Source: an uncultured virus (IMG/VR IMGVR_UViG_3300045119_000323)
Taxonomy: Duplodnaviria > Heunggongvirae > Uroviricota > Caudoviricetes
IMG/VR virus record: IMGVR_UViG_3300045119_000323
Reading direction: 5' to 3' (one strand)
DNA: 20,000 nucleotides
Part shown: positions 1-7,380 of the stretch, piece after piece
How positions within the stretch are numbered: the stretch's first letter is position 1
Layout: every line of letters begins with the position of its first letter
Program-made: the position numbers and the translations under genes
The notes under the pieces: generated by a model
Database searches by the model: none
What the model was told of the DNA's origin: nothing
The model's input: only the letters and a program-made list of their open reading frames with translations

Positions 1-96
1 CCACAGCCCCGGCTGCGCGTGGATGACGGGCGCGTTGCGCCACTGGAAGTGATCGGGCAACTGAACACCCGGCGTGATGACGTAGGCGGTTTTCAT
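1..96 (-). CDS. Hypothetical protein, 5' part only (MKTAYVITPGVQLPDHFQWRNAPVIHAQPGLW...), runs off the window
   Basis: ATG at 96-94 preceded by a GGAGA RBS; frame open to base 1; mostly GC-ending codons. Confidence 0.75.
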   Translation of the reverse strand, partial: MKTAYVITPGVQLPDHFQWRNAPVIHAQPGLW

Positions 97-269
97 TGGT
101 GCAGTCTCCGGTAATTACGCCAGCTTCCGCGCATCACGTTCTTGTAGCGCGGCAGGCGTTTCTTCTTGGCAACGACTCGCTTGGGCAGCCATTTCCTGTC
201 GAGCGGTATGACATGCCGCAATCGAAGACAGAACCTGATCGGTCCGGTGTACGGTGGCGGCCGTATCAC
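93..269 (-). CDS. Small very basic hypothetical protein, 58 aa (MIRPPPYTGPIRFCLRLRHVIPLDRKWLPKRVVAKKKRLPRYKNVMRGSWRNYRRLHQ)
   Basis: Translated by hand (below the ORF-track cutoff). GTG start at 269; TGA overlaps the next ATG (ATGA 96-93); fills the gap between genes. Start uncertain, no clear RBS. Confidence 0.45.
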   Translation of the reverse strand: MIRPPPYTGPIRFCLRLRHVIPLDRKWLPKRVVAKKKRLPRYKNVMRGSWRNYRRLHQ

Positions 270-286
270 CGCGACCGGTGATACGG
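261..286. other. Perfect hairpin CCGTATCACCG-cgac-CGGTGATACGG (11-bp stem) just downstream of the SSB-like gene
   Basis: Inverted repeat read directly; no U-tract, so not a canonical intrinsic terminator. Confidence 0.6.
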
Positions 287-293
287 TATCCCT

Positions 294-1097
294 TCAAAAC
301 GGAATCGAATCGTCTCCGCGTGCGTCGGTGTCCATCGTGCGCTGCACGGTTGCCGTGGTCGGGGCGGAGCGCGCCGTGCCGGCCTCGATCTGCTCGCGCA
401 GCTTGGCGGCCTTGGTGTAGATCGCCTTGCCGCCCGTGACCTGCAGCACCATCGCGCCGGGCTCGATTTTCCAGCCGAACCAGTTGCCCTGATCGTTCGA
501 CTCGCCGACCGTGGTGAGCGCATAGAACCGGCTGTAGATCGGCGGGTTGAAGCGGCTGCCGTCCGGCTTGGGCAGCTCCAGCATGTTGATCAGCGTGTTG
601 AGCCGGCGGCTCTTCTTGTACTGCGCGCCGCTCATTTTCAGCGTCACCGGCATGGTCGCGCCGTCCTCGAACACGATCAGGCCGTAGTAGGTGGCGCTCG
701 GCACGATGTCGTTGCCCTCGGCGGTCCGGTGCGTGCCGTAGTCACCCTGCGCGGCGTCGTAGCCGCTGGCGTCGGTGCCCCACTGCTTGACCATGCCGCC
801 CCGGTTGGGCTTCCATTCGGTGTAGGTCACCTCGTACTTGACCGGCACGAACGCCACCTTCTGGCGGGTCTCCATGGTCAGCGTGTCGAGGATGTCGCCC
901 GGCCGCGCGCTCTCGATGAACTCCGGCTCGTTGCGCATGATGTAGGCCGACGTCGCCTGCACGATCAGCAGGTACGGGATCAGCAGGTCTTCCTGCTTGA
1001 AGTCCTGCGTCGGTGCCGATGCGCCCATCAGGGCGAGGTCTTCGGCGGTCAGGGCGACTGCGCCGTTGGGCTGGGTCACGGGGACGTTCTCGGTCAT
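294..1097 (-). CDS. Putative phage single-stranded DNA-binding protein
   Basis: Acidic C-terminal tail DDSIPF resembling the bacterial SSB DDDIPF tip; aromatic OB-like segments (YTEWKP, ESNDQGNWFGWKI); GGAGA RBS; replication context. Confidence 0.65.
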   Translation of the reverse strand: MTENVPVTQPNGAVALTAEDLALMGASAPTQDFKQEDLLIPYLLIVQATSAYIMRNEPEFIESARPGDILDTLTMETRQKVAFVPVKYEVTYTEWKPNRGGMVKQWGTDASGYDAAQGDYGTHRTAEGNDIVPSATYYGLIVFEDGATMPVTLKMSGAQYKKSRRLNTLINMLELPKPDGSRFNPPIYSRFYALTTVGESNDQGNWFGWKIEPGAMVLQVTGGKAIYTKAAKLREQIEAGTARSAPTTATVQRTMDTDARGDDSIPF

Positions 1098-1630
1098 GTC
1101 TGTTCTCCGTTGGTGGTCTTGGTGAAGCGGGCGCGCGGGAACACCGTGATGCCCAAAAGCGTGAGCGGTGTCGGCCGGCCCTCGACGACGCGGTCACGCA
1201 TGCGCGCCCCCAGCGTGCGCGGGTGGATGCCCTCCTCGAAGGCGACCTTGGCGTTGCCGAGCGCCGCCAGCCGGCGCGCCTCGGCCTCGGCGACCGTGCG
1301 GTCACCGCGCGCCCACGACGAGACGACCTTGCATTCGATCAGCTCCTCGTAGCCGTTGGCGACCAGCCATTCGATGGCTTCGGCGCGCTGCGCCGGGTCC
1401 TTGGGCAGCGAGCCTTCGGCCAGCGTCGTCAGGGTGACCACGCTGCCGTCGCGCAGCACGAGCTGCCGGATGCCGGCCTCGTGGAACAGTTCCGGCAGCA
1501 CGCTGCGTTCGAGTCGTTTGCGACTGTCTTCCAGAGTTTCCAGCATCTTGTTGGTCTGCTCGATGTGCATCATCACCTGATGCAGCTCCTCGCAGGCGAC
1601 GCTGAGTCGTTGGTTTGAAATCTCCGGCAT
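1094..1630 (-). CDS. Phage protein of unknown function (coiled-coil N-terminus; LPELF...AIEWLVANG...IHPRTL), of a type usually adjacent to the SSB-like gene
   Basis: 178-aa ORF with ATGA coupling to the downstream gene; motif pattern recalled from phage replication modules. Confidence 0.75.
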   Translation of the reverse strand: MPEISNQRLSVACEELHQVMMHIEQTNKMLETLEDSRKRLERSVLPELFHEAGIRQLVLRDGSVVTLTTLAEGSLPKDPAQRAEAIEWLVANGYEELIECKVVSSWARGDRTVAEAEARRLAALGNAKVAFEEGIHPRTLGARMRDRVVEGRPTPLTLLGITVFPRARFTKTTNGEQT

Positions 1631-1631
1631 G

Positions 1632-1982
1632 TCACGCCCCTCCCCGAATTCTCCCAGTGTTCATCTCGACGCTGACCGCGCGGTCGTCCCACAGCTCGAT
1701 CATTGCGAAGTCCTTGATGTTGGTGACGGCGAGGCGCGGCAGGTCGCACTCGGCCTCTAGCCAGTCCTGAATGATGCGCGTGATCGCCGCGACGTCGCGG
1801 GTGTGGCGGCCATCGCCGGGATAGACCCGCGCGGTGAAGATACGGACCTCGACGCCGTTCCTGAGCCAGACGTGGATGCGCTCAAGCATGGCCGGGACGG
1901 GAGGGCCGATGTGGCCCTCCCCCTGCCAGCCCTCGTAGTGGGCCAGCGTGCCATCGAGATCGACGCCAATCCAGCCGGCCAT
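1632..1982 (-). CDS. Capless HAD-superfamily phosphatase (polynucleotide kinase/phosphatase-like), 116 aa
   Basis: Motif I IGVDLDGTLA, motif II IFTAR, motif III/IV K...LWDDRA; true start ATG 1982 in a TGATG overlap. Confidence 0.85.
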   Translation of the reverse strand: MAGWIGVDLDGTLAHYEGWQGEGHIGPPVPAMLERIHVWLRNGVEVRIFTARVYPGDGRHTRDVAAITRIIQDWLEAECDLPRLAVTNIKDFAMIELWDDRAVSVEMNTGRIRGGA

Positions 1983-2521
1983 CAGGCGTCCTGCGCCTCG
2001 GGCTCGACCGGGGTCGGGATGCCGATGCGGTCGTCGCCGTCGATCCGGCCGCACACGAAGACGGCATGATACTTGCCGGCCTCGTCCTTGCCGATGCGGA
2101 CCTCGAAGAGGTCTTCCGGCTTGCCGCCGGGGCAGACACCGGCAAAGGTCACGCCGCCCATCTTCACCAGCATGATGTCGCCCGGCAGGGTGGTGACGCA
2201 CTCCTTGTCGAACGTGCCGATGTCGCCATCGTCGACCGTCGGGAAGTCGGCGCGGGTCTTGTTGATCTCGGCGTAGGCCGCCCAGTTGACCAGCGAGCCC
2301 GGCACGGTGCGCGGCAGGCGGAAGCCCTTGGCCGCCCCGGCGAAGGTCAGGCTGAACCGCCTGAGCGCGGTCTGCTTGTCGATGCCGGCATCCTCGGCCC
2401 GGCTCAGGGCGAGCGCGACGCGGCTGCGCAGGAAGTCGACGACGGCGGCCCGCATGTCGAAGGCCAGCGAGGCGCGCTCATTGTCGACCTCGACCGGGAA
2501 GACCTTTGAAGTCATTGCCAT
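1982..2521 (-). CDS. Hypothetical protein, 179 aa, first gene of the leftward operon
   Basis: ATG 2521 with GAAAGGA RBS; strong GC3 bias; TGATG coupling to the HAD gene. Confidence 0.8.
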   Translation of the reverse strand: MAMTSKVFPVEVDNERASLAFDMRAAVVDFLRSRVALALSRAEDAGIDKQTALRRFSLTFAGAAKGFRLPRTVPGSLVNWAAYAEINKTRADFPTVDDGDIGTFDKECVTTLPGDIMLVKMGGVTFAGVCPGGKPEDLFEVRIGKDEAGKYHAVFVCGRIDGDDRIGIPTPVEPEAQDA

Positions 2522-2585
2522 AGTATGTCCTTTCCAAAAATGGCCTATTTGTTGGGTGCCGCCGGCCAGTAAGGCGGCATCGACC

Positions 2586-2614
2586 TTTATGGACCCCTTC
2601 CTGTCCACAGTCAA
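2586..2614 (-). promoter_or_regulatory. Leftward sigma70-type promoter TTGACT-N17-CATAAA
   Basis: -35 at 2614-2609, 17-nt spacer, -10 at 2591-2586; same pattern as the promoters at 2660 and 7310. Confidence 0.7.
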
Positions 2615-2618
2615 CGAA

Positions 2619-2644
2619 ATCGACAGGACAAAATTCGACAGGAT
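2619..2644. repeat. Direct repeat TCGACAGGA x2 (2620-2628, 2635-2643); putative operator pair between divergent promoters
   Basis: Reverse complement of the core of the ATCCTGTCGAT motif found at 6812 and 12109. Confidence 0.65.
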
Positions 2645-2659
2645 AATGTGATTCGGCTG

Positions 2660-2688
2660 TTGACCCTGCGTCCTGAGTCGTTCATAAC
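2660..2688 (+). promoter_or_regulatory. Rightward sigma70-type promoter TTGACC-N17-CATAAC for the amidoligase-GGCT-polA operon
   Basis: -35 at 2660-2665, -10 at 2683-2688, followed by a leader with AAAGAGG RBS. Confidence 0.7.
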
Positions 2689-2731
2689 GATCTCACGGCC
2701 GCCGGCCGCCAACCCAAAGAGGTTCCGCAGA

Positions 2732-3994
2732 ATGACTGTGCTTCGCAAATTCGGTGTCGAGATGGAGTGCTTCCACCCGACGCATTCCTCGTCCACCAGC
2801 CACCGCAACCTGCCGGTCGCAATCCGCGCCATGGGCTTCCAGTCGGTCGGTGCCAACTACAGCGGACGCGACTACGACGTCTGGCAGGTCAAGCCCGATG
2901 GCTCGCTACGTCGTTCTGCGCGCGACGACGACGGCGGCATCGAGATCGTCGCCCCGACGCTGCCGGCCACGCAGGCCTCGTTCGACCAGATCACCAAGGT
3001 CGCCAACTACCTCGGCGCGAACGGCTACGACGTCAACGTCTACTGCGGCATGCACATCCACATCGACGCCGCCGACCTCACGCTGCAGGAAGCCTCGGCC
3101 GTGGCGCTGCGCTACCACCACTGCCAGTCGCAGATCGACGAGATCATGGCGCGCAGCCGGCGCGGCGGAACGTGGTCGAACCGCCTCGACAGCGGCGCAC
3201 TGCGCAAGGTCGTCGAGGCGGTGACCGCCAGCAACGCCCGCGTCGTGTGGGGCCACCACGAGCGTCGCGTCGCCGTCAACCTTGAGCACGTCCACAAGGG
3301 CCGCCCCGACAAGCGCATCGAATTCCGCCAGCATCAGGGGACGCTGAACGCCGCCAAGATTCTCGGCTGGTACAAGTTCCTCTGCGGCTTCGTTGCCGAG
3401 ACCGTCCGCCTCGTGCGGCAGGGCGGCAACCTCGCCCAGCCGACCGCAGTCGTGCCGGTTCCGCACGCTGTTCCCGCCCTCGTGCGCCGCCAGCGCACCC
3501 GTCGCGGCACCACCCGCTCGGTGGTGGTCGGAACGACTCCACCGACCATCCCGCAGATCGACGTCGGCACCGACTACGACCTGTTCCTCAACCGCATGGC
3601 CAACGAGGGCGTGGTCACCCAGCAGGATGCGCGCAGCTTCGGCTGGCCGGAGACCCGCCTGCGCGTCACCGCCCACTGGCTGCGCCGCCATGGTGCCGAG
3701 CTGATCACGACGCAGCGCAACGGCGAGTTGGCCTATGTCGGCGGCAACGGCGCGCGCACCCGCGCGGAAATCTTCGCCAACCCGGCGCAGATTCGCCAGC
3801 GCATCGAGGCCGCCCCGCTGGCGTCGGCCACGTTCTCGACCATCGCGGCGACTGCGCCGCAGCGCGCCGCCGGCCGCGATCTGGCCGACCTGCTGACGCG
3901 CACCAATGCGCTCGACGGTCTCGATGACGAGACCAAGGCGTGGTTCAACATCCGCCGCTCTGAGATCGCAGCGGCCTCCGCAGGGAGGCCGTAA
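2732..3994 (+). CDS. Amidoligase (Amidoligase_2 / COOH-NH2 ligase, glutamine synthetase/glutamate-cysteine ligase fold) with a probable winged-helix insertion, 420 aa
   Basis: Motifs FGVEME, WQVKPDGSL, GIEIVAP, CGMHIHID, RIEFRQHQGTLN; start reassigned to ATG 2732 (RBS AAAGAGG). Confidence 0.9.
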   Translation: MTVLRKFGVEMECFHPTHSSSTSHRNLPVAIRAMGFQSVGANYSGRDYDVWQVKPDGSLRRSARDDDGGIEIVAPTLPATQASFDQITKVANYLGANGYDVNVYCGMHIHIDAADLTLQEASAVALRYHHCQSQIDEIMARSRRGGTWSNRLDSGALRKVVEAVTASNARVVWGHHERRVAVNLEHVHKGRPDKRIEFRQHQGTLNAAKILGWYKFLCGFVAETVRLVRQGGNLAQPTAVVPVPHAVPALVRRQRTRRGTTRSVVVGTTPPTIPQIDVGTDYDLFLNRMANEGVVTQQDARSFGWPETRLRVTAHWLRRHGAELITTQRNGELAYVGGNGARTRAEIFANPAQIRQRIEAAPLASATFSTIAATAPQRAAGRDLADLLTRTNALDGLDDETKAWFNIRRSEIAAASAGRP

Positions 3995-4851
3995 TGCCCG
4001 ACGCAGTCCCCATGACCGTCCTCAAGGTCAGTCATCACAACGCGCAGCACATCGCGACGCGCTACCCCTACGCCGCCTACGGATCGAACCTGATGATGGC
4101 GCAGATCAACGAGCGCTGCCCGCGCGTCGAGCTGGTCACCGCCGGCTCGCTGATTGGCCACCGCCTCGACTTCGCGAAAGTCGCGACGATCACGGCCGAC
4201 AGGGAGTCGTCGGTCCCGGTCGGCATCTACGCGCTGAACGCCACCGACATCGAACGCCTCGACAAGAAAGAGGGCATGGGCCGCGTCTATGACCGCTTTC
4301 TCGTGACGCCGATCACCGACGACAACCGGGCGCTGCGCTGCTTCACCTACATCAAGCGCGACCACGTTCTGGAGCCGCCGACGCCGGAGTATTTCGGCAA
4401 GCTGCTGCACGGCTATCGCGACTGGCACTTCGACGACCGCCGGCTGCGCCGGGCGCGCGAGCGCGCCGTCGAGGCGTGGGATGCGGCGGCTCCGGCGCGC
4501 GCCGCCGCCGACCGGATGCTGCACAAGATGGGCTTCCGGCATGGCGACAAGTCGGGCGTGCGCTGGCAGTCGGCCGGTGAGGCGTGGCGGCAGGGCGACA
4601 TGTGGGAGCCCGAGGGCAGCAACGTCGTGCCGCTGCACCACGCAGCCAAGCGCTACGTCACGCTGCGCCACGATCAGGTTGAATGGGGCCAGCGCGGCGA
4701 GGATTTCTACTTCCGCCAGAAGGGCACGCGCGTGTGGTACAAAGACGTCTCCGGCCACGAGCATGTCAGCGCCGGCATGGTGTGCGGCGAGCTGGCGACC
4801 AACCTGCCGGGGGCGGGAGCCTACAAACCCATCGAGAAGGGCAAGGGCTGA
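3994..4851 (+). CDS. Gamma-glutamylcyclotransferase (AIG2-like) with a C-terminal extension of unknown function
   Basis: YAAYGSNL...RCP, LDKKEG (catalytic Glu), PTPEYFGKLLHGY motifs; TAATG coupling to the amidoligase. Confidence 0.88.
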   Translation: MPDAVPMTVLKVSHHNAQHIATRYPYAAYGSNLMMAQINERCPRVELVTAGSLIGHRLDFAKVATITADRESSVPVGIYALNATDIERLDKKEGMGRVYDRFLVTPITDDNRALRCFTYIKRDHVLEPPTPEYFGKLLHGYRDWHFDDRRLRRARERAVEAWDAAAPARAAADRMLHKMGFRHGDKSGVRWQSAGEAWRQGDMWEPEGSNVVPLHHAAKRYVTLRHDQVEWGQRGEDFYFRQKGTRVWYKDVSGHEHVSAGMVCGELATNLPGAGAYKPIEKGKG

Positions 4852-6809
4852 TGGTCCGCCGCATCGACGACTCGCGACAGGACGAGCTGGGGCTGATCGA
4901 GGTGCCACGCACCTTCCATGCCCCGGCCGACTGGGTGCCGCCGTCGTTCATGCCGGAGCTGTCGGGCATGGTGGCGCTCGACGTCGAGACCAAGGACCCC
5001 GGCATCAGCGAGGGCCGGGGATCATGCTGGCCGCTGGCAGGGCAGGGCTTCGTCTGCGGCGTCGCACTGTGTTCGCGCGACTTCAAGGTCTACTATCCGC
5101 TGGCCCACGCTGCCGGCAACATCGTGCATTCGCACATCGTCTTCTGGTGCTGGTTGCGCGAGCAGGCGGCCAAGCCTGACGTCACCTTCGTCATGGCCAA
5201 CGCGGCCTACGACACCGGCTGGCTCAAGCGCCACGGAATCGTTCTCGCCAATCCACCGCGCGATGTGCAGGTCATGGCTTTCCTGCTCGACGAGCATCGC
5301 AAGAGCTACGCCCTGTCGGCGCTGGCGCGGGACAATCTTGGCCGTGACAAGCAGACCCTGCTGCTGGTCGACATGGCGCGCGCGCTGCATATCGCCAATC
5401 CGATGGCGAACATGGACAAGCTGCCGGCGTGGATCGTGTCGCCCTACGCGGTCGAAGACGCCGTGCTGACCTACGATCTCTATCACAAGCTGTTGCCCAA
5501 GCTGGAAGCCGAGGAGCTGGGACGTGCCTTCGATCTCGAATCACAATGCACGCTGGTCACGGTCGACATGCGCTGGGAGGGCGTGCGGATTGATTCGACA
5601 CTGCTCGAAGGCACCGGATTGCTGTTCGATAACTGCTGCGAACGTGCGCTCAAGACGGTTCGGGACATTACCGGCGTCCACATGCAGCCGTTCGAGAACG
5701 ACTCGGCCATGAAGGCGCTCAAGATCGAGAACAGCGGCGTCGTCTTCGGCACCACCGCGACCGGGCGCGACAGCGTCGCCAAGGCGGTCCTGCAGGGCAT
5801 CGGCTCGCCCGTCGCCAAGGCGATCCTCGAAGCCCGCATGTACGACAAGTACAAGTCGACCTTCGTCGACAGCATGCAGAATTTCATCCATCGCGGCCGG
5901 GTCCACGCCGAATTCCATTCAACGCGAAATTCTTCCTCGAACGACGAGTACCTCGACGACGACTCGGTGTTCGGTGCGAGCAGCGGACGCTTCGCCTCGT
6001 CGCATCCCAACTTGCAGAACATTCCGGTGCGGACCGAGGAGGGCCGCATGATCAGGGATTGCTTCATTCCCGATGACCGCGACAGCATGTGGGCCAAGCT
6101 TGACTATGCTTCGCAGGAGCCGCGCCTGACCGTTCACTTCGCCAACCTTGCGAGGATCAGCGGCCGGCCGCTGCGCGGCGCGGCCGACATGGTCGCGCGC
6201 TTCAACGCCAATCCCCTGCTCGACCTGCACGGTGAGACGGCGCTGCTGATGGGCGTGCCGCGCCAGCACGCCAAGGTGATCAACCTCGCGCTGGCCTACG
6301 GCATGCAGGGCGCGTCGCTCTGCCGCTCGCTCGGCCTGTCGACCAAGTGGATCACGTCGCGCCGAACCGGCCAGCTCGTCGAGGTGGCCGGCGACGAAGG
6401 CCAACGACTCATCAACAAGCACAGCGCGGAGGTGCCCTTCATCAAGGGCATCTTCGATCTGGCCAAGGAGACCGCGCAGTCGCGCGGCTACGTCAAGACC
6501 ATCATCGGCCAGCGCATCCGCTTCGAGCGCTACGGCGACGGCAACTACGCGCGTGTCCACAAGGCGCTCAACGGCGTCATTCAGGGTTCTGCCGGCAACC
6601 AGATGAAGATGGCGCTGGTCGCGCTCAGACGTGAAGGCCTGCCGAGCAACCTGACGGTGCACGACGAAGCCAACAAGTCGGTGCCCAAGGGCGAGGCGGG
6701 CGAGCGCATGATCGACCGCATGGTCGAGATCATGGAAGATGTCCTGCCGCTCGCCGTTCCCGTCATCGCCGAAGCCAAGACCGGATCGTCGTGGGGCGCT
6801 TGCCGTTGA
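4851..6809 (+). CDS. polA: Phage family A DNA polymerase (3'-5' exonuclease plus polymerase, no 5'-3' exonuclease), 652 aa
   Basis: ExoI LDVET, ExoII NAAYD, ExoIII YAVED; GRFASSHPNLQNIP; motif A DYASQEPR; motif B RQHAKVINLALAYG; motif C VHDE; start ATG 4851 in a TGATG overlap. Confidence 0.97.
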   Translation: MVRRIDDSRQDELGLIEVPRTFHAPADWVPPSFMPELSGMVALDVETKDPGISEGRGSCWPLAGQGFVCGVALCSRDFKVYYPLAHAAGNIVHSHIVFWCWLREQAAKPDVTFVMANAAYDTGWLKRHGIVLANPPRDVQVMAFLLDEHRKSYALSALARDNLGRDKQTLLLVDMARALHIANPMANMDKLPAWIVSPYAVEDAVLTYDLYHKLLPKLEAEELGRAFDLESQCTLVTVDMRWEGVRIDSTLLEGTGLLFDNCCERALKTVRDITGVHMQPFENDSAMKALKIENSGVVFGTTATGRDSVAKAVLQGIGSPVAKAILEARMYDKYKSTFVDSMQNFIHRGRVHAEFHSTRNSSSNDEYLDDDSVFGASSGRFASSHPNLQNIPVRTEEGRMIRDCFIPDDRDSMWAKLDYASQEPRLTVHFANLARISGRPLRGAADMVARFNANPLLDLHGETALLMGVPRQHAKVINLALAYGMQGASLCRSLGLSTKWITSRRTGQLVEVAGDEGQRLINKHSAEVPFIKGIFDLAKETAQSRGYVKTIIGQRIRFERYGDGNYARVHKALNGVIQGSAGNQMKMALVALRREGLPSNLTVHDEANKSVPKGEAGERMIDRMVEIMEDVLPLAVPVIAEAKTGSSWGACR

Positions 6810-6834
6810 CAATCCTGTCGATAAATGAGAGACT
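6806..6834 (+). promoter_or_regulatory. Promoter TTGACA-N17-GAGACT with ATCCTGTCGAT in the spacer; likely gives a leaderless mRNA for 6841
   Basis: Consensus -35 overlapping the polA stop; ATG 6 nt after the -10; no SD. Confidence 0.6.
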
Positions 6835-6840
6835 GACGCC

Positions 6841-7026
6841 ATGATCAAACCCATCCGTATCACCCACGAATCGCTCGACCGGCAGGAGGCTCTCCTGCTG
6901 GCATCCCTCGAACGCACCGCGAAGATCAGCGACGTCATGGTCTACGCACGGGCCAAGGCTGCTGCGGCGACCCGGCTAAAGATCATCGACGACCAGAGGA
7001 TCGAGCTGCTGGCGGGCGTCAAGTGA
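6841..7026 (+). CDS. Small helical hypothetical protein, 61 aa
   Basis: ORF directly after the promoter; GTGA overlap with the next gene. Confidence 0.7.
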   Translation: MIKPIRITHESLDRQEALLLASLERTAKISDVMVYARAKAAAATRLKIIDDQRIELLAGVK

Positions 7027-7295
7027 CCGCCCGCTTCGACCCGTGGAATTGCCCACACTGCGGCTACCTGATGGACTCCGCATCGCATGCCGCCGACGGT
7101 GACGTGGTGCCGGCCGAGGGCGACGTAGCGGTCTGCATCAACTGCGCCGAGCCGCATACGCTGGCCGGCGGCACATGGCGGGCGCTCACCGACGACGAGC
7201 TGATCGACATGACGCTGGAGGAGAAACAGGCCCTGTCGCGCGTCCAGCAGACGATCCGCAGGCTGAACGAGGCCGGCCACGAGCCTGAAAAATAA
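7023..7295 (+). CDS. Small zinc-ribbon protein (CPHC...CINC), 90 aa
   Basis: Two CxxC pairs; coupled GTG start. Confidence 0.75.
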   Translation: MTARFDPWNCPHCGYLMDSASHAADGDVVPAEGDVAVCINCAEPHTLAGGTWRALTDDELIDMTLEEKQALSRVQQTIRRLNEAGHEPEK

Positions 7296-7309
7296 TCGTC
7301 AGGATGGTG

Positions 7310-7338
7310 TTGACAGCATCTGTCAATGGGCCCATAAA
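7310..7338 (+). promoter_or_regulatory. Promoter TTGACA-N17-CATAAA; its -35 is one arm of the palindrome TTGACAG-cat-CTGTCAA
   Basis: -35 at 7310-7315, -10 at 7333-7338; GAGGAG RBS downstream; motif ATCGTCAGGAT at 7295-7305. Confidence 0.75.
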
Positions 7339-7380
7339 CCGGTCCTCGGCCAATACCGGCCGCCAAAGAGGAGTCTCAAA

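Noticed and set aside
261..296. UGA plus hairpin as a selenocysteine (SECIS) signal
   Set aside because: The UGA follows a canonical SSB-type terminus and is not at a Cys-like catalytic position; no support for Sec
1632..1982. HAD phosphatase as part of a DNA hypermodification or RNA repair cluster
   Set aside because: No kinase, thymidylate synthase, glycosyltransferase or RNA ligase partner in the window; this small HAD type is common in phages
4683..4850. N-terminal extension of polA in the ORF track (similarly the longer starts at 2648, 2201, 2614, 7524, 10499, 11352, 12694, 14839)
   Set aside because: Overlap upstream genes or promoters; internal starts with stop/start coupling or an RBS fit better
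3733..4908. 391-aa minus-strand ORF (likewise 2906..3691, 5919..6938, 7186..8001)
   Set aside because: Opposite well-supported genes; typical high-GC shadow frames
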